The notes under the pieces are model-generated. The model saw only the letters and a program-made list of their open reading frames with translations. It was not told the DNA's origin and ran no database searches. Shown piece after piece: positions 49,005 through 61,296 of a stretch of DNA of 64,000 bases (its first letter is position 1; every line of letters starts with the position of its first letter). A program made the position numbers and the translations under genes. Source of the DNA: an uncultured Phycisphaerales bacterium (GTDB lineage: Bacteria > Planctomycetota > Phycisphaerae > Tepidisphaerales > Tepidisphaeraceae); the NCBI GenBank assembly GCA_963758525.1, contig CAVWVQ010000003.1, forward strand, positions 192,001-256,000, in the 5' to 3' direction.

Positions 49005-52000
49005 TTACCTGCCATCCGCAGCCGCTTTCCCGTCGAGCATTTGCCGCGCCCTGGCGAGGGACTGGGCGATCGCGGATTTCAGCTCCGCGCTTACAGATGC
49101 ATGCTGCTCCTGGGCCTGCTGCACCTGGGTCTGCGCAATCTCCAATTGCTTGACGGCGTCAGCCGGCATGGAGCTTCGGAGATACGCCTCACCCAGATGA
49201 TAGCGTGCAAATGTGAAATCCTGATGCTCTTCCACAAGTTTTTGCAGTATATCCAATCCGCTCGCCGCTCCTGGGCCACCGCACAGGGTGAGAACCCAAC
49301 CCTGGGTATCGCTGACGCTGGGCATCAATTGCCCCGAGCGCCGGCTGAGGTCATAAGCCTGTTGACTGTAAGTCAGGGCCTGCTGAGGGTTACTGAGATC
49401 ATCGGCAAGTACGTTGGCGATGTTATTCAGCACTTGGGCATCATTTGGCGCGATCGTCAACGCTTCTAGGTACGCATCCCTCGCGTTCTGCGGCTGTTTC
49501 AGCATTGTATAGGACTGTGCCAGGATCGACAGCGCATGAACTCGCTGAACCGCGGAAATGGCGTTATTTTGGCGAAGCGGCGCAGCTTGGGCTACCACGG
49601 CGGCGAAATCGCCCTTTGCCAGATTGAGATCCGCTGCGATCAGACGCCAGTTTGGATCAGCATCGCGCGGCTGCACGCGCTGCAGCGCTTCATCGATCCC
49701 GACGTTTGCCGAGATGACCTTTATCACTCTTGCCGAGGCTTCAAAGTCTGGAGCCGCCGCCAATGCAGCATCCAGGTCTTTCAGGCCGGACGTTTTATCG
49801 CTCTGCCCTTCGCCGCGCCACGCGCCATGTACATCCACCAGGGCCTGATGCCGCGCGCTTCGAGTTCGTCGCCGGTCTGAATGATCGCCGGATAGCGTCC
49901 GGCGCTCATGAGGATTGATAGTTTTTCGGAAAACAACGAGGTGTTCTGCGGCGCGGCGGCGATTGCCTGCTCGACTTTCTGGATGGCGTCGTCGAACTGC
50001 TTGCGATCGGCGAGGCCGTAGGCGTCCTTTATCAGCCACGTAGTATCGGTGCTCAGTTGAGGATCGTTCTCGGCTTCGTGAACGACTCGGTCATACTCCG
50101 ACCAGAGCGGAGGCGTTGCCGACGCGTAGGCGGCCAGAAGGCGGATGCGCGCGCTGCGGCTTTGCGGCATGGCTTTCAGCCCGTCTTCCAGGGTCCGCAG
50201 CGCATCATCAGGTTGCCCGCGGCGGTTGTAGATGTCGGCCAGGAGCTCGTAGGCCTTGGGGCTGGCGCGGTTTTGCACTTTGAGCTGGCTGCCGTCGCGC
50301 AGAGCCAGATCGAGATCACCATCGGGAAGCTGCGATTCGACAAACGCCTGGTGATACAGCGCATCGTTGTCCGTCGGGCCGGCGGCGATAGCGTCTTTGG
50401 CGGCCTGTCGGGCATCGACCAGATGCCCCGCCGCAAGCTCCGCAGTCACGAGGAGATTCAGGAGCGGCAGTGATCGCGGCGCGGAGCGCAGCGCGTCTTT
50501 GATGCCCTGTTCGGCCTCGTCGTTGCGGCCGGCGGCACTGAGCGTTTGCAGACGCTGGAAGCTGACGCGCGGGTCAGCGCCGTTGCGTGCCTGCAGCAAT
50601 GACAGAGCTTGGTCGAAACGCGTGGCCTGCACCAAGGCGGCGGCGAGCTTCAACTCCATTTCCACCGAATGCCCTGACTTCTCGAAAGCGTCGCTCAGCG
50701 CCTTGATCCGGGCGTCGGTCTTCCCTGCCTGCTGGTAGAAATCCGCAAGCAGCAACGACGGCTCGGGCCTGGATGCCAGCGCGGGAGCGGAGGCCAGATC
50801 CAGCAGAAGTTTTTCGGCGCCCGGCGCATCGCCGCGAAACTGCGTGATCTGCGCAAGAAGCCCGACAAGCGTAATGTCCTGGGGCCAACGCGCCACCGCA
50901 TTCTTCAGCGTGTCTGCGGCCAGGTCGAGGTTCTGCCGCGAGCTGTCAGGGTTGCTTGTCTGCAGGCGTTCCCCGACGCGCAGCGCCGCTTGGGCGAGGG
51001 CTCTGTAGTTGGCCGGATCATCCGGCGAGGCGTCGAGCTCGCGCTTGCGTTCGGCAACGGCGACCTCCGGATGTTCGGAGTAAGCCAGGTCATATTCGAT
51101 TGCCGCTTCCCGAAAAGCCGCGCTGTGCGGATGGAGCCTTTGCGCGGTCATGATGGTTTCCGCCGCGCGATCGGGCTGATGGAGGTGGAGGTATGCCTCG
51201 ATCAGGCCCTGCAGCGCGCCGACGTTGTCATGCTGGCGGTCCAGCGCATTGTTGAACTCCACGACTGCCTTATCCGGGCTGCCATCCGCAGCGAGCGCGG
51301 TTCCCAGCAATGCGTAGCTCTCGGCAAACTCCGGCCTGCGTGTGACCAGATCGCGGGCGATCTGCAGTGCCGCGGGATGGTCTCCCCTGGCGAGCGCGAG
51401 GCGAACGCGATAGACCAGTCCGTCCGCACCGTCGGCCTGCATCGCCGCGAGCCGGGCGGCTTCCTGCTCCGCCAGATCGTAGCGCTCGCGCGCGATATCC
51501 AACTGAAAAAAGAGCCCGTGCACTTGCGCTATCCGGCCGGAGCCGGTCAGCGGCGGCGAGATGAGCCGCGGCGGCGTCATAATTGTTGTGATTCAGTTCT
51601 TTCTCGTATTCCAACAATTCGCGAGTGAAGTCGTCTGTCGCGGCCAGAAGCTGCGGATCCAGCGCAGCAACCTGATTGCCCGAGGGAGAATCCAGTTGCT
51701 GGCGAAGAATCAGCAGCGAGATATTTTTCGGATTCTTTCGCAAGCCCTGCTCGACGACGGCCCTGGCTTGATCCCGCTGTCCGTTGGCGATATCGGCCTG
51801 GACGAGCGCGTCGGCGATCGTCAGATCGTCCGGCGACTGCTTGTAGAGCGGCTCCAGGAGGCGACTGGCGTCGGCGGGGTTGGCCACGAGCAGCGCGTAT
51901 TTCGCCTTGGCCAACTGCTGGGCGGAATCGGCTTCGGGAAGAGTGGCGTACGCCGCGCGGGCCGCGTCGGTCTGCCGCTGCTCCAGCAATTGCCGAATGC

Positions 52001-53576
52001 GAAGTTGGATGATCGTCGCCGAATCCGGATCGAGCTTCGCGGCCGAGTCGATGTACTTCTGGGCTTTCTCGGGACTGTTCTCGTTGAGGTATTGATCTGC
52101 CAGGGCGAGTTGCGGGGGCACAAAGCCCGGGTCTGCTTCCACCACGCGGGCGAAGAGCTTCTCGGCTTCCCCGGATTGGCCTTCCTTCAGATCCAGCAGC
52201 CCGGCGCGATACATCAGATCGATGTCGGGAGCATCCGCATGCTCCATCACGCCCAGGGCCAGGCGATAGGTCGCCATGGCGCCGATGTCGTCCCCTTTCA
52301 ACTGCTGGATTTCCGCCTTGAGATGGAGCAGCGGATCTGAATCGTGCTGCCCAACCAGATCGGCGAGCGCCTGATAATTAGCTTCGATCTTCGACAGCAA
52401 CTGCTTTTCCGCGGCCGGGTCGGTCAGTGCGGCATAGGCATCGATCTGCAGCCGCGCCAATTCGTAGAGTCGCTGCTGCTGCTGGCCATGCGTTCGCAGC
52501 GCGGGAGCGCCGACTTCGCCATCGCCGTTCATCGGCGTCGAGAGCACGGCTATCGCTTCGTCGCGTTTTCCGCGAATCCGGCCGAGGAATCCGCCCAACT
52601 GCAGTTGGGCGAACGGATTCTTGGGCTGGAGGGCAAACAGATCGCGAAGAATTGCCTCGGCGTCATCGAGCCTGTGGTGCGCGACGGCCGCCAGCGCCGC
52701 GGCAATCTGGATATCCGCGTATCGCGCGTCCGACGGATTGGCCAGGGATTTTGCGCGGGCGATCGTCGCGTCGGCTTTCGCCTGATACGCGGCTGCCGCC
52801 GCCGGATCGAAGCGCGGCAGCGCCGCATAGAGAGTGGACGCGCGCCAGTTCATTGCCGCCTCATCGCCCTTGAGGTCAAGCGCCTCGTCGAACATCGCCG
52901 CAGCCTCCCGCGCGAGGCGGGCCGCCGCGTCGGGGTTCTGGTTCTTGATCGCCAGGGATGCGAGCCGAAGCTTTCCGCGGGCATAATAGAAGGGCAGATT
53001 GGAGTCGGACGTGCCCTGGCGGATGATTTTCGCAAGTGCGTCAAAATCATCGGCAAGCAGATCACCGGCCGGGGCCGACTCTCGCTCGCTCAACAGAATC
53101 GCCGCGACATGCTGGTACGCCACCGCACGCTGGTCGGATGGATCGAGTTGTGCCACCTTTTGTGCGTTGTCGCGCAATTTCTCGAAGACAGCAGCGCCCG
53201 GCTCCACCTCGGTCATCTGTATGCTCATCTCCAACAGGTCACGAGCCGCCGACGCGTTGCTCGGATCGACCACCAGGGCATTCTGGTAGGCAGCTTCGGC
53301 CTGTTTGAGGCAGTCGGGATCGGCACCGACGCAATGCTCGAGCGCCACCCCGTCGCGAATGTACAGATCGGGATCGGCGCGCCCGAGGCTGATGGCGCGG
53401 TTATAGTTGGCGGCGGCCAATGGCCAGTTCCCGCTGTGCGCGGCGGCGTCGCCCGCGGCGACGAAGTTTTTGGGATTGCGATGCAGCAGGAATTTCGCCG
53501 CGAGCCCCAGCGCGACGAACGCCGCCACGACAATCGTCAGGATGATCAGAAATCGGGTATTGACGCGCTGCGGCAT
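49005..53576 (-). CDS. Large TPR-repeat protein (~1500 aa) split by frameshifts near 51530 and 49800
   Basis: Overlapping TPR-rich ORFs 51270..53576, 49781..51580 and 49005..50039; N-terminal TM; C-terminal LNNIA..DTQGWV..YHLGEAY. Confidence 0.85.
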
Positions 53577-53584
53577 CGCAATCC

Positions 53585-54529
53585 TCAGTTATCGCTTCCA
53601 AGGGCTGCGGAGCCCTGCTGGTGCACTTTCTTCCAATCGGGCAGCCGCTTCTCCAGCTCGGGCAAACCGGCATTCAGAAAATCCACCATCGCGGCGACGT
53701 TGCGTTCGCGCTGCTGGCCGCGCTGGCCTGGCGGAGAAGTCGTCATCAATTCCACTTTTGCATAATAACCGTACCGCTCGGTCAGGCTTGCCAGCCGATT
53801 TCGGACCGCCAGGGAATCGGCCTCGTACGCTCCGTCCACATGAAACAGGTACGCCACGTCACGCGCAACCCGCCCGCGCGTGGTTTGATCCTCGAAGTGA
53901 ATCAGCCGATATGGCACGGTGCGCCGGGTGCCGTCGGAATAACTGCCACAATCCGCGGCGCGCGTTTCATACTGCGAGACGTCAAATCCATCGGCGACAT
54001 AGCAGCGTTCGGGGACATGCGCAACGGTGTCGGCAAGGCCCGTGTAGTACGTGATCGCGACCCGCAAGACCGACTCGGGGCTCTGTGCCTCGAGCCGGGC
54101 CAGGGCCGCATCGCGGTCGGGTTGGGACATCTGGCGGAATGACGCGAGCTGAGCCTGGGCCCAGCGGCGGGTGTCGACGTAATCGCGAAACAGGTATTGA
54201 TCGGTCGCGAGCACCTGGCGGATCTCCGGATCGACTGCCTCGTCGGTGGAAACCGCGAGCCACGGGCCGAGTTGCGCGGGCATTCCCTCCTGCGGATCGG
54301 TCAACGATCGCACTGCCAGCGGAAGCGCATGTTTCTTGAAATGGAGCTTGAGAAAGCTGACGGTGGCGTTGAGCCCCAGCGCCGATACACAGAGCACCAC
54401 GACCGCCGCGACAAATGCGCCGCGCGAAAGGCTGTGCAGCAACGCACGCCGCAGGGAGGGAACGCACCAGAGTGCCCCCGCCAGGATGAGCAGGGCAAGG
54501 ATCGTGAGAATGATCGGGAGCACGTTCAC
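53585..54529 (-). CDS. Exosortase-associated EpsI-like protein
   Basis: Overlaps the exosortase stop; PAQLGPW, YLFRDY, YYTG..HVPERCY..G. Confidence 0.75.
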   Translation of the reverse strand: MNVLPIILTILALLILAGALWCVPSLRRALLHSLSRGAFVAAVVVLCVSALGLNATVSFLKLHFKKHALPLAVRSLTDPQEGMPAQLGPWLAVSTDEAVDPEIRQVLATDQYLFRDYVDTRRWAQAQLASFRQMSQPDRDAALARLEAQSPESVLRVAITYYTGLADTVAHVPERCYVADGFDVSQYETRAADCGSYSDGTRRTVPYRLIHFEDQTTRGRVARDVAYLFHVDGAYEADSLAVRNRLASLTERYGYYAKVELMTTSPPGQRGQQRERNVAAMVDFLNAGLPELEKRLPDWKKVHQQGSAALGSDN

Positions 54530-55620
54530 GAGCGCGCTTCCGTGGTAAGCGAGGTTGTTCCGGCGGGAGAAGCCAGTCGCGGACGGGGAGGCAGGAGCGC
54601 CGGCGACGGCGGCCTTGCCGCGACCGGCGATGGGGCGCTACCGGGCACGCGCCGCAGCAATTTCTCGCGGAGCGCGTTTTTGTCGTCGACCGCCTCGACG
54701 AAGAGGTTGTCGAGCACGTAGGCGACCAGCAAAATCAAGAACAGCGCCGGGATCAGCATGACCATGCCGGCGAAGCTGTGCGCAAAACCTTCCGACCAGC
54801 CGGTGCTGACGTAATGATCCAGCAGCCCCTGCCCCGCGACGCGCATGACATTGCAGAATATTGCGATGGGAACGGCCCAGGCGACGATCACCAGCTTCTG
54901 CCACAGCGGCCGCGCGCTCAAAAAGGCAACTGCTGCCGCGACCGACACGAAAGTCATGAGCGAGCGCATCCCGGCGCACGCTTCGGCGACGTTGAGCTCG
55001 CGCATTCCCTGGCCGTGCTCCATCCGGATCTTCGTCCCCAACCTCATCGCCTCGACGCCGGTGAATCGCAGAACATGCACTGCCACGCCGGCGGCAAGCG
55101 CCTGCAGCGGCTCGGCGACGCGGCTGTACATCAGCTCGGGCCAGGGCAAGGCGCAGATGAGAAAAACAATCGGAAACCAGGCCGTCCGCATGATCTCCCA
55201 TCCGCACAGCAGCAGCACCACTCCGAACAGGCAGACCACCATCCCCAGGTCCTTGGCAAGGTCGTTCTGTCCCGGCCAGATGCCATACGCGAAGAAGACG
55301 ATTCCCGCGAGGCAGATGGGAAGCCCCCACCAGGCGGTTCGCACCGGCGTGGCGCGCAGCGACTGACGATGGAGGTACAAATAGTAAATTCCGATGATCG
55401 GAACGCAGATCGCATGACCCCAGTTGGGCTCGCCGTAGAAGGGATTGGTTTTGTCCCACAGGCGGCGCAGGTTGGGCCAGAAAAGCAGCGCCATCAGCGC
55501 GGCGATGATTGCCGCCTGCACCCATGCGGCGCGCGCAATGTCGGCAACGTCGCCGTGACGCGAGACACCGTCCGAATCTCCGGCATGATTGGATGTGGAA
55601 TCGATGGTCAGCGACCTCAC
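54526..55620 (-). CDS. Exosortase (EpsH family)
   Basis: WGH..VP, VAEACAGMRSL (catalytic Cys), IFCNVMRV (Arg), GFAHSFAG (His); multiple TM segments. Confidence 0.92.
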   Translation of the reverse strand: MRSLTIDSTSNHAGDSDGVSRHGDVADIARAAWVQAAIIAALMALLFWPNLRRLWDKTNPFYGEPNWGHAICVPIIGIYYLYLHRQSLRATPVRTAWWGLPICLAGIVFFAYGIWPGQNDLAKDLGMVVCLFGVVLLLCGWEIMRTAWFPIVFLICALPWPELMYSRVAEPLQALAAGVAVHVLRFTGVEAMRLGTKIRMEHGQGMRELNVAEACAGMRSLMTFVSVAAAVAFLSARPLWQKLVIVAWAVPIAIFCNVMRVAGQGLLDHYVSTGWSEGFAHSFAGMVMLIPALFLILLVAYVLDNLFVEAVDDKNALREKLLRRVPGSAPSPVAARPPSPALLPPRPRLASPAGTTSLTTEARS

Positions 55621-55991
55621 GATTTGATCTCCGACGCCAAGGCGCAGTCCGCCACCGCAGAATTCTCACGACCTCAAGTCAATAGCACCACGGCGAGTCT
55701 AAGTTGTTCACGCTCGGATTTTTCCGGGGGCTCGATCCGAGCCTTCGGTGTACCTCAGACTCGGTGTGGCATCCTGAAAACAGGCGCAACGGCCGACCCC
55801 AAAATTACGTCCTCCAATGAATGCAAGTTCAAAGATTCAGCGTCGTTACCCGCATATCGACCGGCTGTTACCCATTGTGAAGCGGCAAGCCCAGCTTGCT
55901 TCCATCTTAACTGCAAGAAGCCGATAAAAAATGAAGATTTGATGAACGATCGGTGCGAGGCGAATTTTTTGCCCCAGAGCGAGCGGTAACG

Positions 55992-56024
55992 AAAAGGGCG
56001 GCGGAATTGGATTCCGCCGCCCTT
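55992..56024 (-). terminator. Intrinsic terminator after the wza-like gene
   Basis: Minus strand aagggcggcggaatccaattccgccgccctttt: GC stem followed by a short T run. Confidence 0.65.
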
Positions 56025-56046
56025 GGTGATTTTCTGAAAGCACTGC

Positions 56047-57628
56047 TTAGAGCCCGTTGTTGCCGGGGCTGAAGTTGCGGTCGTAGAGGAATCCGAAGCC
56101 ATAGGTGATTCGGAACGCTCCGCGGGCCGCGGCGATGAATGATGCCAGCGCGTTGGTGCCGACCATGACCTGATCATACGGCTTGAGGTAAACGTCGGGC
56201 TGATTGCCGGCAAAGATCTGCGAGAGATCGATGCGGACGAAGATTTCGTGATCGGGCTTGATGCGACGAATGATGTCGGTGCGCTGCGGAATCGCGACGG
56301 CGTCGAGCATGCCTGCGGAAACAACCGCTTCCTTCAGCGTGATCTTGCGACCCGTCAGCGTAAACGCGCCGGGGCGTTGGACGTGTCCGCCCATGTAATA
56401 CTCGCCGGCCTCGGGCACGGGGACGATGATCAGATCCTTGGCTCGCAGGGGAATGTTGTAGCGAAGATCGCCTCTCCGCAGCGCGTCAAGCGGGATACGG
56501 ATGGTTCGTGTCGCATCCTCCGCAACCGGCTCATTAAACTCAAATCCCTGCGTGGTCGGGGCGGTTGCCGTTGCGTCCGCTGGCGGCGGGACAGCGACCG
56601 GGCCGGTCGCCGGGGCGGTGGCATCGGCGGGAGGCGGGACTGTTGCTGGGCCAGTCGCGGGAGGCGCTGGCATCGGCCGGCGGGGGCGGGACTGCTACCG
56701 GACCCGCCGCCGGGGCGGTCGGGTCGGTGGTGGGCGCATCTGCCAGCAGACGCAACACGCGCTGCGGCGAAGAGGCGTCGGCGACGGCCGTGCCGGAGAC
56801 GTTGGGGCCCTCAGTCTTTGGAGGAGCCAGCTCTTCGGGGGCAGCGGGGAGACTCGCAGGCGGAGGCGTTGCCCCCGGCGCTGGGGCTGCGCCGCCCTGA
56901 TCTTTCGGCGGCTCGTTTTGACGAACGATATAAAGATAGTCGATGCCGGTGACGCTTACATCGTGGGCCATCACCAATGCGTTGAGCACGCGGAATTCCG
57001 AGTCGACGATCTGATACTCGCCGGGGGCGCCGACAGCGCCCATGATGCTGAACGTGCGCCCGCGAGGCTCAACGTCTGTGACGGAAACCTGGGCGTTCTG
57101 GATGAGGTTCGCGTTGCGGTATGCCTCGACGATCGCCTGCTCCAACTCGATTTCGGTCATCCCGGCGGCATGAAGCGAGTTGATGTACGGAAGGCTGATG
57201 TTACCGCTGTCACTGACGCGGGTGACCTTGGTGGTTTCGCCGGCGCCGGGTCCGCCCAGATCGGAGATTCCGATCTGCAGCAAGTCGTTTTTGCTGACGG
57301 TGTAATCGCCCTTGGTGAGGCGCTGGTCGGAGGGGATGGGGTCCGTTGCAGACGAGAAATCCTCGGTTCCGTCTTCGACGGCGGGATCAACCGAATGCAG
57401 GATTGGCATCGCCAGCGGCTCGTTCTGGTAGCGACCCATTTCGCTGGGATCGAAGAAGCCTCTGGTATCGCATCCCCCCACTGCTGAAAGAACCGCCAGG
57501 CTCACGCCTGACGCGACAGTGACACGACACAGCGACGCAAAGCTGATCACACGCGAAGGACGCAAGAGACGCTCCTTTCCAAGAAAACCACTCACGTGCG
57601 GCCGGCCCGCGCAGCACGTGTAACCCAA
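56047..57628 (-). CDS. Polysaccharide export protein (Wza/SLBB), frameshift near 56670; start uncertain
   Basis: Lipobox-like VGGC; RVSDSGNISLPYI..AAGMT; GAVGAPG; GGHVQRPG; Pro/Ala/Thr-rich internal repeats. Confidence 0.85.
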
Positions 57629-57936
57629 ATCGACAACCTCGTCTTGACATCTAATCTATAGAGCCAAGCCGCGATATTGCAACAATACCCACCTTTCCCG
57701 AACGGTCCAAGGCAACAACGCCAATATTTTGCTCCGGGGTCGGGAAGGCCCGCAAGAGCATCCGTTAGCACTACTTCGACCGATAACGCCCCCCTATCTT
57801 CGCAAAATCCATCCAGATTGCCAAAAAATTACCGAAATCCCCGAACCGCTTCCGGATCATTCCACTTTGCGTGCAAAGCGATATACTGCGGGTTTTGAGC
57901 GACACGGCCAACACGGACGTCGCTGAGTTGCACATT

Positions 57937-59253
57937 GTGACGGCGCGGCAGAAAACAGTAGCACGAGAGGTTTCGCTGACGGGCGCCGGACTTTTCTCCG
58001 GGGAACCGTCCACGCTGACTATTGCGCCCGCCGAACACGATGAGGGAATTACCTTTGTCCGCGAAGCGGATGGCAAAATCGCTGTTATTCCGGCATTGGT
58101 GCGGAACGTCCTCAACCGTCCGCGACGAACGTGCCTTCGTAATGGCACGCTTTTCGTGGAAACCGTCGAGCATTGCATGGCTGCATTGGCGGGCATGCAC
58201 ATCGATAATGCGGTTGTCAAGATTTCCGGCGGGTCCGTTGGAGAGGTGCCCGGAGGGGATGGGAGCAGCCTGTCATTTGTCGACATGATCCGCTCGGCAG
58301 GCATCCGGGAGCAGGACGCTGATGTCATCCCTCTGATCATTCGCAAGCCAATCCAGGTTTCATTTGAGGGTGCGACGCTCGCCGCCCTTCCGGGACCCGC
58401 CGATCAGCTTGAGGTCATCTACGATTTTGAGGGGCCTGCGCCCATCGGCCGCCAAACGATCAGCTTCCGCCTCGGGGATGACGATTTTGCGACGATGATC
58501 GCCCCGGCTCGCACGTTTGTGTTCGAGGAAGAAGCCCAGGAGCTTCGGGCGCACGGCCTCGGCAAGCACTTGTCGCCCAAGGAACTGCTGGTCATTTCCA
58601 AGACCGGCCCCATTGAGAACACCTTCCGCTTTGCCGACGAGTGCGTGCGCCATAAAGTGCTCGATCTGATCGGCGATCTGTTTCTGGTGGGACGCCCGCT
58701 GAGAGGGCGGATTGTAGCGTACAAGAGCGGCCACCAGCTCAATCATCTTCTGGCTCGCCGTCTCGTCGAGCAGGAGGAGGGCCATGCCCGCCAGAACCTG
58801 GTGCATCGTGACGCGGCGATGGACATTCGCCGCATCCAGCGCATTCTGCCGCACCGGTATCCGATGCTGATGGTCGATCGGGTGCTGGAGATCATCGGAG
58901 ATCAGAAAGCCACCGGGATCAAGAACGTCACGTTTAACGACGTTTTCTTTCAGGGCCACTATCCCGGAACCCCGATCATGCCGGGGGTTTTGATCGTGGA
59001 AGCCATGGCACAGCTCGGCGGGTTGTTGCTGAGCCAGAAGCTGGAGCACACTGGAAAACTTGCAGTGCTGCTCAGCATGGATAAGGTCAAGATGCGCCAC
59101 CCCGTTGTCCCTGGGGATCAACTGCTGCTGGAGGCGGTTGCGGTGAGGGTCAAAAGCCGCACGGGGCATGTGCGGTGCAAAGCTTTTGTGGAAGATAAGA
59201 TGGCCTGCGAGGCCGACATCAAGTTCATGCTTGTTGACGCCGAGCGCGCATGA
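57937..59253 (+). CDS. lpxC: Bifunctional LpxC-FabZ
   Basis: TVEHCMAAL, APARTF, RHKVLDLIGDL, SGH; then LPHRYP..VDR, FQGHYP..PIMPGVLIVEAMAQ. ORF open from 57871. Confidence 0.93.
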   Translation: MTARQKTVAREVSLTGAGLFSGEPSTLTIAPAEHDEGITFVREADGKIAVIPALVRNVLNRPRRTCLRNGTLFVETVEHCMAALAGMHIDNAVVKISGGSVGEVPGGDGSSLSFVDMIRSAGIREQDADVIPLIIRKPIQVSFEGATLAALPGPADQLEVIYDFEGPAPIGRQTISFRLGDDDFATMIAPARTFVFEEEAQELRAHGLGKHLSPKELLVISKTGPIENTFRFADECVRHKVLDLIGDLFLVGRPLRGRIVAYKSGHQLNHLLARRLVEQEEGHARQNLVHRDAAMDIRRIQRILPHRYPMLMVDRVLEIIGDQKATGIKNVTFNDVFFQGHYPGTPIMPGVLIVEAMAQLGGLLLSQKLEHTGKLAVLLSMDKVKMRHPVVPGDQLLLEAVAVRVKSRTGHVRCKAFVEDKMACEADIKFMLVDAERA

Positions 59254-59374
59254 TGATTCATTAATATTGTGCGTTGCCTGAGACACAATGAAAAATGACC
59301 CCAACAAGGCGAAGGATGTGAAGCGGCCGCCCTGGTTCTCTTCGTTATTCGCCTTCAAATTCTTTTCCGAGTCG

Positions 59375-60307
59375 ATGCCGAAGATTTCGCCGCATGCGGT
59401 GATCGACCCGGACGCAAATATCGCCGACGACGTCGAGATCGGGCCCTTCTGCGTCATCGGGCCGGAAGTGACGATCGCCAGCGGGTGCCGGCTGCTCAAC
59501 AGCGTGACTGTTTTGGGGCACACCACGATCGGGAAAGACAACGTCTTCTTCCCCAACGCGGTGATCGGAGCTGCGCCGCAGGACAAGAAATTCAAAGGCT
59601 CGTCGACCCGTCTGGAAATTGGGACAGGGAACGTCTTTCGCGAAGCTGCCACGCTGCACACCGGCACCGAAAAAGGGGGCGGCGTCACGCGGGTCGGCGA
59701 CAATGGGCTCTATATGGTCAATGTCCACGTCGGGCACGACTCCCAGGTGGGGGACGACGTGGTGATCTCCAACAACGTGATGATCTCCGGGCACGTCGTC
59801 ATTGAGGACTATGTTTCGATGATGGGCGGAGCAGGCGTTCATCATTTCACGACGATCGGGAAACACGCGTACGTCGGCGCCTACTCGCGCATTCATCACG
59901 ACGTTCCACCGTTTTGCAAGGTGGACCAGGCCGATCAGGTACGCGGCGTCAATGCCACCGGGCTGCGTCGTGCCGGCTTGTGCGAAGAGGACATCGAAGC
60001 CATCGACGAAGCCTGTCGGTCATTGTTTTCCCGCCGCAAGCAGCCGTTCGCCCTGACCATCGCCGAATATCAAAACACCGAGGATCTCAACCCGTACGTC
60101 AAGACCCTGGTGGAATTTCTGGTCCGTCGCGACTCGGGCAAGAATGGCCGTTATCTCGAAGGCCTGCGCGACAGAGACAGGGAACCGCGCAACTATCGAG
60201 CAAACGAATCCACCAATGGGGAGTCCGCGGCATCCGCACCGGTTCGCGACGCCGGAGCGGTTAATGCCCCGGCTGTCGCGCGTGAGGCGAACGAGGTGAC
60301 GAGCTAA
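59375..60307 (+). CDS. lpxA: UDP-N-acetylglucosamine O-acyltransferase
   Basis: Hexapeptide repeats, PQDKKF, HVGHD, GVN..GLRR; follows lpxC-fabZ. Confidence 0.92.
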   Translation: MPKISPHAVIDPDANIADDVEIGPFCVIGPEVTIASGCRLLNSVTVLGHTTIGKDNVFFPNAVIGAAPQDKKFKGSSTRLEIGTGNVFREAATLHTGTEKGGGVTRVGDNGLYMVNVHVGHDSQVGDDVVISNNVMISGHVVIEDYVSMMGGAGVHHFTTIGKHAYVGAYSRIHHDVPPFCKVDQADQVRGVNATGLRRAGLCEEDIEAIDEACRSLFSRRKQPFALTIAEYQNTEDLNPYVKTLVEFLVRRDSGKNGRYLEGLRDRDREPRNYRANESTNGESAASAPVRDAGAVNAPAVAREANEVTS

Positions 60308-61167
60308 TCATCCGCCGGCTGAGTGGCGGCTTGGGTGGTGGGAGCCGTGGCCGACGCGGAGGAGCTCGCATCGATCCAGCAAGGGGCCAGGGCGTAGCCA
60401 CCGATGGCGCCGCCGGCGCGGCAGGACCAGCCGGGGGAGAGGAAGATTTGTGCCCGTCGTTGGCTTGCGGTGGAATGGGGCAGCAGGCGTTCCCAGGCGG
60501 AAAGACCGTCGAACCAACCCGAGCGGAGCTGAACGGGGTCGTTGTCGGCAAAGCCGATGGGGAATTCCCCGGCGCACACGATCGGCGGCGAGCCGCGCTT
60601 TTGCCAATCGTCGAGAAACTGCCCGGACGCGGACGGCCCGGCGGCAGGCGACGCGGTGACGGAGCCGATCAAAAAGCGCTTCGCCGCCACTTGTGTGGAG
60701 GCCCACATGCCGATGCCGGCGGCGGGGGCTGGAGCCGTCAGCGGGTACTTCGAGAGGATGCAGTTTCCAAAACCGGATCCTTTTAAATTGTCCGCCGGCC
60801 CGGCCGTCGCGACGAACGCCGATTGCATGTGCAGAGCGCCAGCCAGCGCCTGCGCATCGGGCGCTTCGATGTTCTGCAGGATGAGATAATCGGCGTCGAG
60901 ACGCCTCATCTCGGCCAGCACGGGTTCGTTCTGCAAGTGATGGCGGCGCACGTCGCAGGTGATGAATCGCAGCTTCTGGTCGGGAACGGCGGGTGCGGCC
61001 TCCTGCGGAAGCACGCTGGTATCCGGGCGCGGCAGACGGCGCATCGTCACCAGCAGCAGCGCGGCACACGCGATCATCAACGCGCACGTAATGAGCGTGC
61101 GGGAGGGAGCGTGGCTGTTCTGGTCGCGCGATGGCGTTGTTTCGGATCCTCCGGAGTCCGCCTGCAT
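60304..61167 (-). CDS. Membrane-anchored endonuclease/exonuclease/phosphatase-like protein (degenerate)
   Basis: TM, then LRFITCDV..ADYLILQ..GFGNCILSKYP..PIVCAGEF. Confidence 0.6.
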   Translation of the reverse strand: MQADSGGSETTPSRDQNSHAPSRTLITCALMIACAALLLVTMRRLPRPDTSVLPQEAAPAVPDQKLRFITCDVRRHHLQNEPVLAEMRRLDADYLILQNIEAPDAQALAGALHMQSAFVATAGPADNLKGSGFGNCILSKYPLTAPAPAAGIGMWASTQVAAKRFLIGSVTASPAAGPSASGQFLDDWQKRGSPPIVCAGEFPIGFADNDPVQLRSGWFDGLSAWERLLPHSTASQRRAQIFLSPGWSCRAGGAIGGYALAPCWIDASSSASATAPTTQAATQPADD

Positions 61168-61296
61168 CGACGAGGATCGTAGCACGGAAAGGCGAAGAGG
61201 CGAAAGCGGCCGGTCATCGACAGCACTTGCAGAACCGGCCACGCCCGCAAGAATGGCCTCGAACGGCGGCTGAACCCAAGCCACGCATCGAATCCC

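Noticed and set aside
57937..59253. LpxC-FabZ fusion as a novelty
   Set aside because: A known bifunctional architecture in several phyla.
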